In this document: piece after piece, positions 37,018 to 51,589 of the stretch
Position numbering within the stretch: position 1 is the first letter of the stretch
Layout: every line of letters begins with the position of its first letter
DNA from: Octopus sinensis
Taxonomy: Eukaryota
DNA: 64,000 nt
Assembly: GCF_006345805.1 (NCBI RefSeq)
Contig: NC_043012.1
Location: forward strand, 58,652,001-58,716,000
Reading direction: 5' to 3'
The notes under the pieces: model-generated
Database searches by the model: none
What the model was told of the DNA's origin: nothing
What the model saw: the letters and a program-made list of their open reading frames with translations, nothing else
Position numbers and translations under genes: made by a program

Positions 37018-37424
37018 TTCTTTTATTCTTTTACTGTTTCAGTCATTTGATTGCGGCCATGCTGGAGCACCGCCTTTAATCTAGCAACTCGACCCAGGGG
37101 CTTGTTCTTTTGTAAGCTCAGTACTTATTCTATCGGTCTCTTTTGCCGAACCGCTAAGTAACGGGGATATAAACACACCAGCATCGGTTGTCAAGCAATG
37201 CTAGGAGGACAAACACAGACACAAACACATACACGCATATATATATATATATACATATATACAACGGGCTTCTTTCAGTTTCCGTCTACCAAATCCACTC
37301 ACAAGGCTTTGGTCGGCCCGAGGGTATAGTAGAAGACACTTGCCCAAGATGACACACAGTGGGACTGAACCCGGAACCATGTGGTTGGTAAATAAGCTAC
37401 CTACCACATAGCCACTCCTGCGCC
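37018..37424 (-). mobile_element. Full-length CORE-like SINE
   Basis: Reverse complement of 9584-9984. Confidence 0.9.
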
Positions 37425-37429
37425 TATAT

Positions 37430-37458
37430 ATAGATTATATATATATATAATATATATC

Positions 37459-37503
<45 letters not shown>

Positions 37504-37835
37504 ATATATATAATATATAATATATATAATATATATATACAACATATATATATAAAACATTACGTTATATAATTAGGGTTCATAAAATAATTTACTTTAC
37601 CACACACCGAACTTTTATTTTACTGAACCCTATTATATAACGTAATGTTTTAATATACCGTAAATGGTCTTCTTACATACTGAACACTACAAGGTAAAAT
37701 TAATTAATAATTAATTAATTTTACCCTTTTATTACTTACAATATATATATACAATAATATATTATCTATATATATGCATTATATACAATATATAATATAT
37801 ATATACGATATATGCATTATATATATATATATACA

Positions 37836-37866
<31 letters not shown>

Positions 37867-37946
37867 TAACTACAATATATAATATAGATATAGATATATA
37901 TCTAATAATATATAATATCTCCTAATATATATTAATATATATATAT

Positions 37947-37978
<32 letters not shown>

Positions 37979-38380
37979 CAATATAATATATATATATTAT
38001 AGTATAATATTATATACAATATATAATATATATATATATATATATCTATACAATATATAATATATATATAATATATATATATCTAATATCTATATATATC
38101 TATATATATATATAATATCTATATAATACTATATATATATATTATACAATATCTAATATATATATATCTATTATACAATATATAATGTATATTATATATA
38201 TATATATACACTCTATAATATATATATATCTATATTACCATATATCATGTATATCTATATATATATTCTACAATATATAATATATATATATCATGGATCT
38301 ATATATATACATATATAATATAATCTATATCTATATATATATATAACAATATATAATATATATATATATATATATAAACC
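37430..38380. repeat. About 950-bp interrupted (TA)n tract
   Basis: Direct reading. Confidence 0.9.
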
Positions 38381-38382
38381 AT

Positions 38383-38536
38383 ATTGGTGAATTGAAGAAA
38401 TGGAGCTGAACGCATTGAACAGAAATCGTTTTAGTTCATTCTACACGTGTTTCGAAGGGCATGTAGAAACATGTGTAGATGAAATAAAACGATTTCTGTT
38501 CAATCTGCGTTCAGCTCCATTTTTCAATTCACCAAT
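38383..38536. repeat. Long hairpin, ~70-bp arms with a ~12-nt loop
   Basis: ATTGGTGAATTGAAGAAATGGAGCTGAACGC...CACGTGTTTC / GAAACATGTG...GCGTTCAGCTCCATTTTTCAATTCACCAAT. Confidence 0.9.
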
Positions 38537-38725
38537 AATGTTTTAATTTCAATTATCCGCACCAACGCACGGTTGCAACGCCAGATTGTTGTACCTCCAA
38601 CCGTGCTGTTCACTGCTGTGATTGTTGCTACTAAGGTATCGGTTAAACTTTTGATTATCTACTACAAGATTATTCATCTTTCTATTTCACTAATAATATA
38701 ATATATATATATATATATATATACA

Positions 38726-38763
<38 letters not shown>

Positions 38764-39020
38764 TATATACGCACATAGATGCGTGTGTGAGAGTGTATGT
38801 CGATCAAGTTTATAAAAAATCCAGAGACGAAGACAGATGAACGAAAATAAGTAGGGGTAATAGTTAAACGCTTGAGAAAATTGGAAATGTCTTAGACGTT
38901 TCGAGACTACGTTCTTCGAGAGGGAGCGCAGAGAGAAACGAAATGTGTAGGGTTTAAGAGTTTAATGATATGAGATGGTCAAACGGCCCATATATATATA
39001 TATATAATATATAGTACATA

Positions 39021-39053
<33 letters not shown>

Positions 39054-39398
39054 ATATATATATATATTATATAAATCCTTAAATCCTTAAATCCTTAAAA
39101 ATGTTTTATATATATTATATATAAATCCTTAAATCCTTAAAAATGTTTTAACCCGAAGGTCGTGTATATATATATAATATATTATATATATATAATATAT
39201 TATATATATATATATATCTATATATATATATATGTATATATATATACATACATATATATATATATAAACCTATTTTATATTTCAAACATTTACATATATA
39301 GGAGGGTGTCTGTGTAAGCATATATGTCTGTGTGAACATCAATGTAGGGACTATGGTACATGATTAGATATATGTAAACAACATGCAGATACGTGTGT

Positions 39399-39453
<55 letters not shown>

Positions 39454-39994
39454 GAATATGTCTGTATATGTATGATTGTGTTTGTGTATATGCATCCATA
39501 TATGTATGTATATATATATATATATTATATATACATACATACATGTTTATCTTTGCAAAATTGTGCGTGTTTCCGTGTGTATGTTTGTGTGTGTTTGTTT
39601 GTTAGTGTGTTTCTGAGCAGACACAGCCCAATTGTTAAGGAGAATATTGCAATTTTTGGTATTTATGATTTAGAATGTTATTAAATTTATAGACATGAAG
39701 ACTATTAATTAATAATTATGTTGTTATGTTATTAATTACAATGAATATTTTGGCCTTAAACAATTATTAATTAAAGTATATGCAATTAATTTAAATCAAT
39801 TGTTGAGATGGCTGAAAGCACAATGGTCGATAATAATGAAATTACGATTAAAATTCCTTCAACACCTTAAAAGCATAAAAATCCTACATTTTAGCGCCCC
39901 CACAACTCTCTATCTACGATGTAAATTAATTAGTTGCACTTACACGCACACACATATGTGTTTATGCCTATATATATATATGTGTGTGTGTGCG

Positions 39995-40067
<73 letters not shown>

Positions 40068-41313
40068 TGTATGTACGTACATGTTTAGAAACAATTTCCA
40101 GTATAATCGCACAGAATTCAACATATTCGCATGTGAAATATATATAGGTGTATCGCCTTTTTCTCTCTCGTTTTGACCTTCAACGTGGTTGAACAACCAA
40201 CCTTAACCATTGGAGATTCACAATTCGGGTTTTGTGAAACAACTTTCCGATAGCTGAATACAAAACGTGGCACGAAAAACTTACCTTCGGGTGATTTGCC
40301 TGAATCACTATCCAAACCATGTACGCCTGCACGTCGAAAGTTTACCTTTACAGAGCTGAGTGAACTGGAGCAATGTCGGATCTTTTCTGCTTGGCTGCCA
40401 CTATTTAATTTTTCTAGTTTTGTCCCAAATGAATTCAAAACTGGTGTATTGATGTAGCTTTGTATGATCAATATTGACACGAAATTCATTTTCGGCATAA
40501 ATCAATAGACAAACAGTTAATAGTTTCTAAATTTGCAAATTTTCCGTTATTTTAGCCAACTGTAACCCATAGACATACATCTTCGTGAGCTTACAAAAAA
40601 CAACGTGTCTTTACAAACTCATATTTTACGCTGTTTTCCTACTTGTACCCTACAAAATGTTTTGTTATATCTTCCTTGTTTTTCGCATTTAAATGCTCAT
40701 TGAATACTTAAAACTACAAAATATGGGTTGTTTCCTCCCCCGTTTATTTTTGGTCATTGTCGCTTATTAAACGCTTATTAAATGTGCTATCGTCGTAATG
40801 TTGACATTATTGTTTTGTCGTCTTAAGATTGCAGTCATCCACAAATTCCCAGCTTCCAAATCCTGTTTTATGACCAAGTAAATACGAACAAGCTTTAAAC
40901 TTCCTGTAAAATGTTTTCTGGAACAAGTGAACTAGGACTAGAAATCGCCTAGCAAATTATTTTATTTGTTAAAAAAATCAGAAACCATGGTCCAGGGGAT
41001 AGATGGTATATGTTTTTATCCCTAGTAGTGGTTTGGACTTTAGCTGTTCCTTCTAGCGTGAGAGGAATCCTATGTCGGATACCTCTTATGTGTTTAAATT
41101 CACACTGTATTTTATATGAATAATATATAGTCTATTGACTAATTTTTCTACATGCTAGGCCAGAGGAAGTAAAAATTTCTAAGATCTTTATTACCCTGAT
41201 ATTTTGAATTATATATATATATATATGTATATATGTTTAAAGAGAACGAGGAATAAATAAATAGATGGTGGGTAAATATAAATACATGTATGCGTGTGTG
41301 TATGCATATAAAC

Positions 41314-41378
<65 letters not shown>

Positions 41379-43269
41379 GAAATAAGCCAGTGAAATCTGA
41401 AGTTACCTGGATCCGAATCGAACTATTATAAATAATAAACACACACACACGTGTATGTATATATTATATATATGTTTGTGTGTGTGTATATACATATGCG
41501 TGTATATCTGTGTGTGTGTACATTCAAAGACAGAAACATACACACGCATGCACGCCTACTCACGCACGTATCTACAATATAGTTGACTACACACATACAA
41601 TTGCAATGCACACGTATATGTTATTTGTAGCATTCTTCTTCAAGTCCATACCCTCAGCTGCACAGCTCTAACTCTACAACAACAAAGTTGACTCCTGGCT
41701 TCATAAACAACATATTTAAGGTAATACTTAGTAAATCCATTATCTCACTTTTATCTCAATTTTCTCTGCCAAAACCAGAGAACATCAGAGACGCTCACGA
41801 TAAACCAGTGGAAAAGAACGCGAATGGATATTGTGGTCCTTGATTTCCTGCTGCACTCAAGAAAAAGGCGAATGGCTTCCGTTGGAATGCTTTTGATCCT
41901 AAGTTTGTTGACCACAGAGTAAAGAACAAGAACACACACGCACATATTTTCTCTTTTTCTCTTTCTGACACACACGGACAGGCAGATGATAATGCCAGAT
42001 CGAATAACATAGCCTGACTCTGCAACATAAACAACACACGAAACAAAAGAAGAACGACTATGTGGCACCTAGGACTGCTAGATATAGCAGTTACCTACTT
42101 TTAAAACCACAGACCGTCGAGCTTTGAAATCCATGAATAACAAAGTGTCAATGGATAATACAAAGGGGAGTCACGGTAGGAATGCTGTTTTTCATGAGGC
42201 AATCTTATTTGAGATATACAACAACAACAACATGAACAAGAACAGCAGCAACAACGAAGACAGCCAACAACGACTCACATCAAAAACATGTTAAACCAGG
42301 TAAAATAGCATTTAGAGCACATACAAATAAATTCGCCAACGGGACACAAAACCAGCCTAAAATCTCTTATATTTGTCAAAATACATTATATTTAGCATGT
42401 TATATCAAGACTTAGCAGGGTCGTGGATAACTTTACACCAAACCATGAAGAAACAAGTTATTACAGGCTGCAACATAAGCTGTATTCACAGATCACCGAC
42501 ATAATGAATGACAAAAGCTCAAAAGGAGAAAATCTATCTGGACATTTAAATGGGAACAAATTGTAGGTACTACCAGCTCTCACACTCTTTTTCCCTTGAT
42601 GTGTAATTAGTCCAGAAACACGTGAGATGGTGGAGTCGTTAGTGTGTAGAATAAAATGCTATATATCGTATTTTTAGCTGTCTTTTAGCTGATTTCAAAT
42701 TAGGCTGATGTTAAATTTACCTTTTGTTTATTCGGGGCACTGGAGATTAAATAACGTGAGTCCAGAATTGTGGGTTGCGAGAATTGATAGCGTGTTGATT
42801 TTGCGGTATTTATTTCCTGCTCATTGCTTTATAAGCTTAAACGTTTGTCCTGTTTAACATCCCCAGCCACCTGGTCTTCAATGGATTTTTACTCTACCGC
42901 AAACATAAGGACTTGGTCTCTGTTTTATGGATAATTCGTTTCTAGTAGTCTTACGGGCTCTAAATATATTTTCAAATACATCTCAAGAGTCATTATATTT
43001 CACCTGGTAAACAAAATTCCATAAATTTCTACATGTTTAAAGAAAATCCCTATTATAATGCGATCCTAAATCACAATCTCTACCAGTCAATGCGGGCAAA
43101 TTTTTAAAAAAATAAAGATATGCTAAAAGAAATGCAATTATAACCTTTAAGTCCCAAACTTGTCAAATACCAAGTACATATCTATGTTACAGCCAAGTCA
43201 GGTTTTTTTCTGGTTTCCCTGGTTTTACTGACTACCATGTAATCCAGTACTACTTACCACATGAGGACA

Positions 43270-43590
43270 GATGGGGGTCATCAGTCTTGGGAGGCAATCC
43301 ATCTAGGAGAAGGAATTCTCTGACTCCAAATATCTGCTGTTTTGCAGTGATACCCAGTCATGAGAATGCTACGGGAGTAAACCTCGATGGAAAATCCGGG
43401 GTTGGAGCCCCTAAAGCAGTTCGTCATTGATTAAAACAAATTTCATTCTGGCAGCTCCTGAGATAGCGCTACCACCAAAATTATAACAGTCCTGCTGTTC
43501 CCTCGGACCCAGCAGTATTGTGGCGAGAGGGGACATGCTGCATCGGTAACATCCGGTCTCCCATCACACATCGCCCAGACTTCTATCTGA
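43270..43590 (+). mobile_element. RTE-like LINE 5'UTR fragment
   Basis: CCATCTAGGAGAAGGAATTCTCTGACTCCAAA...CGGGAGTAAACC resembles the typical RTE 5' region. Confidence 0.5.
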
Positions 43591-44364
43591 CTACCACTAC
43601 GCATGTCCCAAACACAAATGTTCAGAAACAGCGGCAGTTGAACTCTGACCTACTTCATATTTCAGTCGCCATCTTGTGAAAAAGGCAACAGTGTTGCAAA
43701 TCAGCATAAAATATAACAATCTAGGTTCCATGTGCACAAAACACTATGATAAAGTTGCGATGTTGTGCTTCGATTTAAGGCCGGATTCTTTAAGTCACAT
43801 TCTACAGTTTATTATATAATCCCGAGTATGACAGAGAAACTCTGCAATTTCATGCTGAACAACTTCCATAGATGATTTGATTATAGGGATTAAATGGTTG
43901 GGAATCATATCAACCCACCCATCTCCATCGAAACTACATTGCCCGTACAGATGCGCAATGTATCACACACAATATATAAACGTGATTGGAGAGAAGCGTG
44001 AATTAATCATTTGTTTCAGAAGAGTGCAACACACCACCGGGTGTCAGAATTAAAATTACGATCTCACATTCGTAAATGCAGCACTAGGCTACGGGCTCTC
44101 ACTCATTCTATTGTATGAAAATGAAGGCTGGTATTAAAACAAACAAAGTCTGGCACTTTGTCGGTAGCGACGACAAGTGTTCCAGTTTATCCGATCAACG
44201 GAACAACCTGCTCCTAGAATTAACGTGCAAGAGTCAGAATGCTCTACAGACACACGTATCCTTAACGTAGTTCTCATGGAGATTTAACATAATACATAGA
44301 ATGGGACAAGGTCGGACCTTTGAATTACAGGTGCTACTCGTTTTTGTTAGCTCAGTAAGACTTT

Positions 44365-44750
44365 TTGGAAGCACTCCGTCAGTTACGACGATGAGGGTTC
44401 CGGTTGATCCAAATCAACGGAACAGCCTGCTCGTGAAATTAACGTGTAAGTGGCTGAGCACTCCACAGACACGTGTACCCTTAACGTAGTTCTCGGGGAT
44501 ATTCAGCGTGACACAGAGAGTGACAAGGCCGGCCCTTTGAAATACAGGTACAAGAGAAACAGCAAGTAAGAGTGAGAGAAAGTTGTGGTGAAAGAGTACA
44601 GCAGGGATCACTACCATCCCCTGCCAGAGCCTCGTGGAGCTTTAGGTGTTTTCGCTCAATAAACACTCACAACGCCCGGTCTGGGAATCGAAACCGCGAT
44701 CTTATGACCGCGAGTCCGCTGCCCTAACCACTGGGCCATTGCGCCTCCAC
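44365..44750 (-). mobile_element. Full-length tRNA-derived SINE with TSD-like flanks
   Basis: Head GTGGAGGCGCAATGGCCCAGTGGTTAGGGCAGCGGACTCGCGG; flanks CTCAGTAAGACT (44351) and TTGAGTAAGACT (44751). An older copy of its tail lies at ~44160-44290. Confidence 0.85.
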
Positions 44751-45520
44751 TTGAGTAAGACTATAGGGACGTGAAACGAAGTGTCTTGCTCAAGAATACA
44801 ACGCGCCGCTGGGAATCGAACTCCTGATCATGAGTCGAATGCCCAGAACATTAAGACAGGCGCCTTCACAATTACATAGTCTGCACAGTTCAGGACTTAC
44901 GCATTATACGAAAATACAACGCTATTAGCCTTCGTTCCTTTCATTTTCGATTTTTTCAATCAAAGCTGTTCTGCGCAAGACACCAAAACAACAACCATAA
45001 CTGCAACCCGCCATGTTCGATATGTAATATTTTCACTAAACCCGAGCTTAAAATTAAAAGTGCCGGTGATACATGGCATTAGGCTACGAAGCTTCACCCC
45101 GTTCATTTTTATTCCGAATAAGAACAATAAAGGCATTATTTTCTCACATATATTAATATATTTATATGGAATGAATTATGGAAAAGGAATATATTGGTTA
45201 ATATCAGATTGCCGTCTCTTACGAATTGAGCCAGCCTGTGCGTATTAATAGGTTTTTCATAGTCAATTGAGACCCACCAAATCGAGATTTGAATTGGAAC
45301 ATCTACAAGAAGTCAACTGCACATATGCTCACACGGGGACGTGTGTGTGTGTGTGTGTGTGATAGAGTGAGAGAGAGGGAGAGAGAGAGAGAGACTGAGT
45401 CGTGTATACACACATGTTTGTATGAAAAGAGTCAACAATCAAAATATATTAAAGATATACTCATACAAATATATTTATTGGCAGATATATAAGTAGGTAG
45501 GTAGATAGATAGATAGATAA

Positions 45521-45564
<44 letters not shown>

Positions 45565-45682
45565 GCAGACAGACAGACAGATGCATAGATAGACAAATAG
45601 ATAGATAGAGAGAGAGAGATGTACATAGATAGATAGATAAACAGATAGATAGATAGATAGATAGATAGGTACATAGTTATAC

Positions 45683-45728
<46 letters not shown>

Positions 45729-46511
45729 ACAGATGGATAAATAGATAGATAAACCGACTACATACATACATAATTCTAAAAGAAATTAATAAATAAATGA
45801 ATGAATAAAAAGCTGCAAGTCTTTCTAAGAATTAAACGATGAAGAACGAAACAGGATGCCTTCATTCACAGCATTGCTAGGAAGCAGGTGGCCGGTCGAA
45901 ATAAGCTTTAAATTAAAAAGAGAAAGAGAATATGCGCAGACTCTACACTAATTTACAGAATATGTCTGTCAATTTTTATCCAACACTGTATTCTTTTATT
46001 CTTTTACTTGTTTCAGTTCATTTCTCTGCGACCATGTTGTAGCACCGCTTTCAGTCGAACAAATCGAACCTAGGACTTACTCTTTGTAAGCCTAGTGTCT
46101 ATTCTATCCATCTCCTTTGCCGAACCACTAAGTTACGGAGATGTAAACACGCCAACATCTGTATGACCTTCTCCGGTGTTAAGAAAAGAGAAGGTGAAAG
46201 TAGGTACATGAGTATAGTTGTCATATATTGCAATATAATATGCGCTAATACTAATGCTATAGATACGTAGTATGTAAATTGATACTAGTAAACTGGTAAG
46301 TAAATAAAATAGAAATTAAGAATTAAAATATATATATATATATATAAATAAATATCTATAAAATAATATGTTACATTACTCAATAGTCAAGATAAAACTC
46401 TGAGTTTCAGATGCCGAAGTGGAAATCCACAACACCATCTCTTCGGTTATCTGACTATATATATATATATATATATATATATGCGACAAGCTTTTTTAAT
46501 TAAGAATTAAC

Positions 46512-46545
<34 letters not shown>

Positions 46546-46722
46546 CGACAGGCTTCTTTCAGCTTCCGTCTACTAAATCCACTCACAATGCTTTGGTCGA
46601 CCGAGGTTATAGTATAAGACGTGCCAAAATCTTGCGAATGAATTTGGTAGGCGGAAAATGTAGGAAGACCATAAGATACACACACGCACGCACGCACATA
46701 CACACACGTATACATATGCCCC

Positions 46723-46839
46723 TAAATATGACTCGGGTGTTAGGACACCTACATCGCTGTCAGTAGATATGCATACAGTTTGAGCTTTTTAGCTTTTATT
46801 TCTAGCAGTGTAGGTGTCCTAACACCCTAATCATATTTA
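46723..46839. mobile_element. Small MITE-like inverted repeat (~30-bp arms)
   Basis: TAAATATGACTCGGGTGTTAGGACACCTACA ... TGTAGGTGTCCTAACACCCTAATCATATTTA. Confidence 0.65.
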
Positions 46840-46894
46840 CTGACAATTAGAGTTTTCCTTTATGGTAATGCATTGCATCACGGTTGTCTACTTT

Positions 46895-47121
46895 GATTCT
46901 TTTACCTGTTTCAGTCTTTTGACTGCGGTCATGCTTTTGTCGAACAAATCGCCCCCGTAGGTCTAGTACTTATTTTATCAGTCTCTTTTGCTGCACCGAC
47001 TGCTAGGTTACGGAGATGTAAACACACCAGCATCGGTTCTCAAGCGATGGTGGGGAAACAAATACAGACATTAACAAACACATGCATATATATATACACA
47101 CACACACATATATATATATAT

Positions 47122-47164
<43 letters not shown>

Positions 47165-47325
47165 CGTACATACATACATACATACATAAATAAATATATA
47201 CGACGGGCTTCTTTCAGTTTCCATCTACCAAATCCACTCACAAGGCTTTGGTCGGCCCGAGGCTATAGTAGAAGACACTTGCCCAAAGTGCCAGGCAGTG
47301 GGACTGAACCCGGAACCATGTGTTT
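46895..47325 (-). mobile_element. CORE-like SINE with an internal (GATA)n expansion
   Basis: Family match on both sides of the microsatellite. Confidence 0.85.
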
Positions 47326-47459
47326 GCTTAGAATCTAGAGATACGGTGTTTAGTATAACATTGTATTGACACAAAACACTATTAACGCGCCAGTGATTTC
47401 ATTATACTTATATCATATAATGTTACACACAAACACATATATATATATATACATATATG

Positions 47460-47493
<34 letters not shown>

Positions 47494-47532
47494 TGTATGT
47501 ATGCATGCATTTGTGTATGTATGGATAGATAG

Positions 47533-47619
<87 letters not shown>

Positions 47620-48124
47620 GAGGTCGGTAAATACACGTAAATGCGTAAGTATAGCATATCTCCCCATGAGGTTACTTACTACAAGAGAGTTGAATTTTAT
47701 CTTACAGATTTACTAATTACTCCCTGTTGTAGTCATACTCCGTCTCAGAGCCTATCGCATTCCCATACCGACCCACTTACCATCGTAGACCACTTTTATT
47801 ATATTGTTTGGTATTATTGGTATGTGTTTAATCTGTCTCGTTAGCGTGGTTTCTCTGTCATTGGTAGATGTATATTGCTTCTTTTGATCTCCACAGCTGA
47901 AATACTTTAAATATAATATGTGGTCTTAGAAATTGTTCATCATATCTTATCTAGAAGCAGCAGCCTACCATTGTTATGGTGTTATTTTTCGTGGCATGAT
48001 CCAAGAAGGGAAATCTGTTTTATAAGTGGTTGTTTGTATTGTTAGATACAGCAGTCAAATATTGCTCAGATCACACCTGAATTGACTAAATTGAACAAAG
48101 AACTAACATATGTAATAAACTTGC

Positions 48125-48281
48125 CCTAGGAGTGGCTGTGTGGTAAGGAGCTTGCTTACGAACCACATGGTTCCGGGTTCAGTCCCACTGCGTGGCACCT
48201 TGGGCAAGTGTCTTCTACTATAGCCTCGGGTCGACCAAAGCCTTGGTAGAAGGAAACTGAAAGAGGCTCGTCGTATATATG

Positions 48282-48321
<40 letters not shown>

Positions 48322-48515
48322 TGTCTGTGTTTGTCCCCCCTCCACCAACATCGTTTGACAACCGATGCTTGTGTGTTTACGTCCCCGTAACTTAGCAAAA
48401 GAGACCGATAGAATAACTACTAGGCTTACAAAGAATACGTCTTGGGGTCGATTTGCTCGACTAAAGGTGGTGCTCCAGCATGGCCGCAGTCAAAGGACTA
48501 AAACAAGTAAAAGAG
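48125..48515 (+). mobile_element. Full-length CORE-like SINE
   Basis: GGAGTGGCTGTGTGGTAAG...GGTGCTCCAGCATGGCCGCAGTC. Confidence 0.9.
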
Positions 48516-48944
48516 TACATGACTCTCGATCTGTTCAGCTGTATTTTTGGTGACCTCTTCCAAATAAGGACTTCCTTTTCAAAGTGGTCGCTTGAATTGC
48601 TAGAAGGAGCAGTCAGATATGGCTTAGATCAGTCCCGACGGTTTTAAGTGTACAGGGAACGGATAGCTGTGATAATATTGAGCTGCATAGTTCAAGATAG
48701 ATTGGGTTGTATCTTTCGTGGCGTGTTCCAAGACGGGAATTTCTATCGTAAATGATGACTTGAGTTGCTAGACATAGCAGTTAGGTATCTCGCTCAAAAA
48801 AACACCAGGTGGTGTTTAAATATGGAACTGACAGATGTTGATAGTGTTTGTGCTACGTACATATGTTTGGGTAGGAAAGGGTGAGTGGCTTGCATGTGGA
48901 ATGTGTTTCTTTGATCATAAGTCTACTCAATCAAGTTTGAATAG

Positions 48945-49310
48945 GAGCTAAAGAAGAAGAGAAGAAGAAGAAGAAAGAAGAAGAAGAAGAAGGAAGTGGA
49001 TGATGATGATCAAAACGGAGGGAAGCAGAAGTAGTTGTAGCAGCAACGGCAGCAATAGTAGTAGTAGTAGTAGTAGTAGTAGTAGAAGAAGAAGAAGAAG
49101 ACAAAGGATGAGGAGATGGCGGACGAGGAGGAGAAGAGAGAGTCGAAAAGGAGAAAAACGGATCTAGAAGAGAGAAGAAAAGAAAACTAGGTAGAGAAGA
49201 ACAAGGAAAGGAAAAAAGAAGAAGCGAAAGATAAGAAGCAACTGCAACAGTAACTCGTCCTGCCTCCAAGCGCTGCTGCTACTGCTACTACTGCTACTAT
49301 CACTACCATC
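48945..49310. repeat. Purine-rich (GAA/AGT/GGA) low-complexity tract
   Basis: Direct reading. Confidence 0.85.
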
Positions 49311-50366
49311 GAAGCCCCCCACCTCTGCTCTGTTTCTTGATATCGTTTTATCTTGGAGTACTGAAGTGTGTAAATTTGAAGACATGTCATTTGACAGAAT
49401 GTTATTTTGACAAATATTCCAGTGATTTACCCCACCACCACCACCAAATAAATTAACTGATAATTAGCCAACGAGGATGGCCATATGAGTTTACTCGACC
49501 TGCAAGAATGAGCAGTCAAATCAGCCACAAATTGCACTTCACCGTTTTTAAAATGAAGCACGTTCTATATTGTTGTCTATGGTGCACTATGACTACTTAA
49601 TAATGTAAGCGGGGGTCATGACTGGAATACCTTTGATCTCAGGTTTGTTCTCTGCCGGTGCAGACTTTGTTTGAGATAAATAACAACAACAAAAACAACT
49701 GCACCAACAACAACAAAAACACAGCATCAACAGCAATAACTGATAACCTAAATGTATCGCCAATTCAAAGGCCTTAAGACAACATAGTATGCTTCACGAC
49801 TGATGCTTTTGTTGTTGCTGCTACTGTTGTTGTTGTTGTTAAGCAACAAGACGGGTAAGGTTATTAGGTGATGGTCTAGGGCTTAGGGACGGGAGACCCC
49901 AGACCTTAGAAAAAGAAACTTTGGTCGTCTTGTTCTAGTCGAGGGCTCTTCGTTGGCGACCGGCACCACTGGGAGGTGGCCCTTGAAGTCGCTGGAAATG
50001 GAGACCTCCAGGTCCAAATTCTTGAACGGCTGCTACTGCTGTTGAAGGTGGTAAGAACAGACAGAATATGGTGGTAGTGGTGGTGGTAAAGGTGGTGGTT
50101 GGAGGGTCGGTGCCTCGAATCATCCCTAATGTAGCAGATCTGTGCTTAAACATGTTCCATTCGTCACCATCCTGCCTTTTAAAACATCATTAACGGCTTC
50201 GTAGAACGTGTCCCCATTCATAAATGCCGTAAAGATGGGGTCTGAGGGACATCTGGGTGCTCTGCGTAGGAGAGTGGACAAAAATAAAAACATTACCTCA
50301 CTGCTTATTTATTTATCCCTCAACTGTCTCAAGAATTATCAACAAGCTAATGAATTTTGTCTTATT

Positions 50367-50795
50367 TAAGGCGGCGAGCTGGCAGAATTGTCAGCACGCC
50401 GGGTGAACTGCTTAGCGGTATTTCGTCTACCGCTACGTTCTGAGTTCAAATTCCGCCGGAGTCGGCTTTGCCTTTCATCCTTACGGGATCGATAAATCAA
50501 GTACCAGTTACGCACTGGGGTCGATGTAATCGACTTAATCCATTTGTCTGTCCTTGTTTGTCCCCTCTATGTTTAGTCCCTTGTGGGAAATAAAGAAATA
50601 AGGAACGTTAGCACGCCTGGCGAAATGCTTAGCAGTATTTCGTCTGCCTTTAAGTTCAAATTCCACCGAGGTTGATTTACCTGTCATCATTTCGGGATTG
50701 ATAAATTAAGTACCAGTTGCGTACTGAGGTCGATTTAATCAACTGGCCATTTCTCTAAGAATTTCGGGCCTTGAGCCTAGAGCAGAAAAGTATTT
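50367..50795 (+). mobile_element. SINE dimer: head-body-tail1 followed by a partial head-body-tail2
   Basis: Junction AATAAAGAAATAAG|GAACGTTAGCACG at ~50600; ends GGGCCTTGAGCCTAGAGCAGAAAAG. Confidence 0.85.
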
Positions 50796-51589
50796 TGTCT
50801 TATTTTGGGCACCGTTTCAAAAGATTAAACATTATTTGTTAAAGCACCGTGGGTTCAATATCTAAGCCAGTCGGTACGTTACGTTCTACTGGAAAGATAC
50901 ACTATTTCACGTTGCTCCATTGAAAATGTGTACCAATCTTCTTGCAGCCCTCTCTCTCACTCTCTCGCTCTCTCTCTTTCCCACTCTGTCTGTCTGTCTG
51001 TCTCTCTCTCACACACAAAAATTCGAAGTTAGTTATTGCAAGTATGAGATAGATGAGGCAGTCTCTATAGTGGTGTCTTTTAGGCAAAATTTATCTTGGA
51101 TTTAACTATTCAATGACATACTCTTATGATTTTTTCTTTCTTCTTCTGGATTTGTGAGTGTAATTTGGGGTAGATTTAGGTTCTATCTCTTTCAGATTAA
51201 ACAACCCAGCAGACTTTTGCTTAACCCGGGTATCATCCCTGATCCACCAGATTATAAATATTAACAACGTAGTGGTATTCAGCAACAGCCCCTAGGAACC
51301 TGGTTGTGGTATTAAATTGAACGATCGATTATTACGTCTAAAATACATGTCTGCGCACGTATTTATTATATTAGCGTTGAATGAATAACCAGTCTTTCCT
51401 AAGAAGGCTGTAAACGATACAAGAGTCTGGTTCCATGGTAATTTACTTATGATGTTCTTTATACTTCAGACAAAAGGAATAATTGATTGGTTCTCTAGAT
51501 CTTTGTAGTCCGTGAAAAAATGATTTTCATGGATTTTTTTTTTAAAGCGTTGGAAATAATATTGCTATTATTATAACATACAGGAAATC

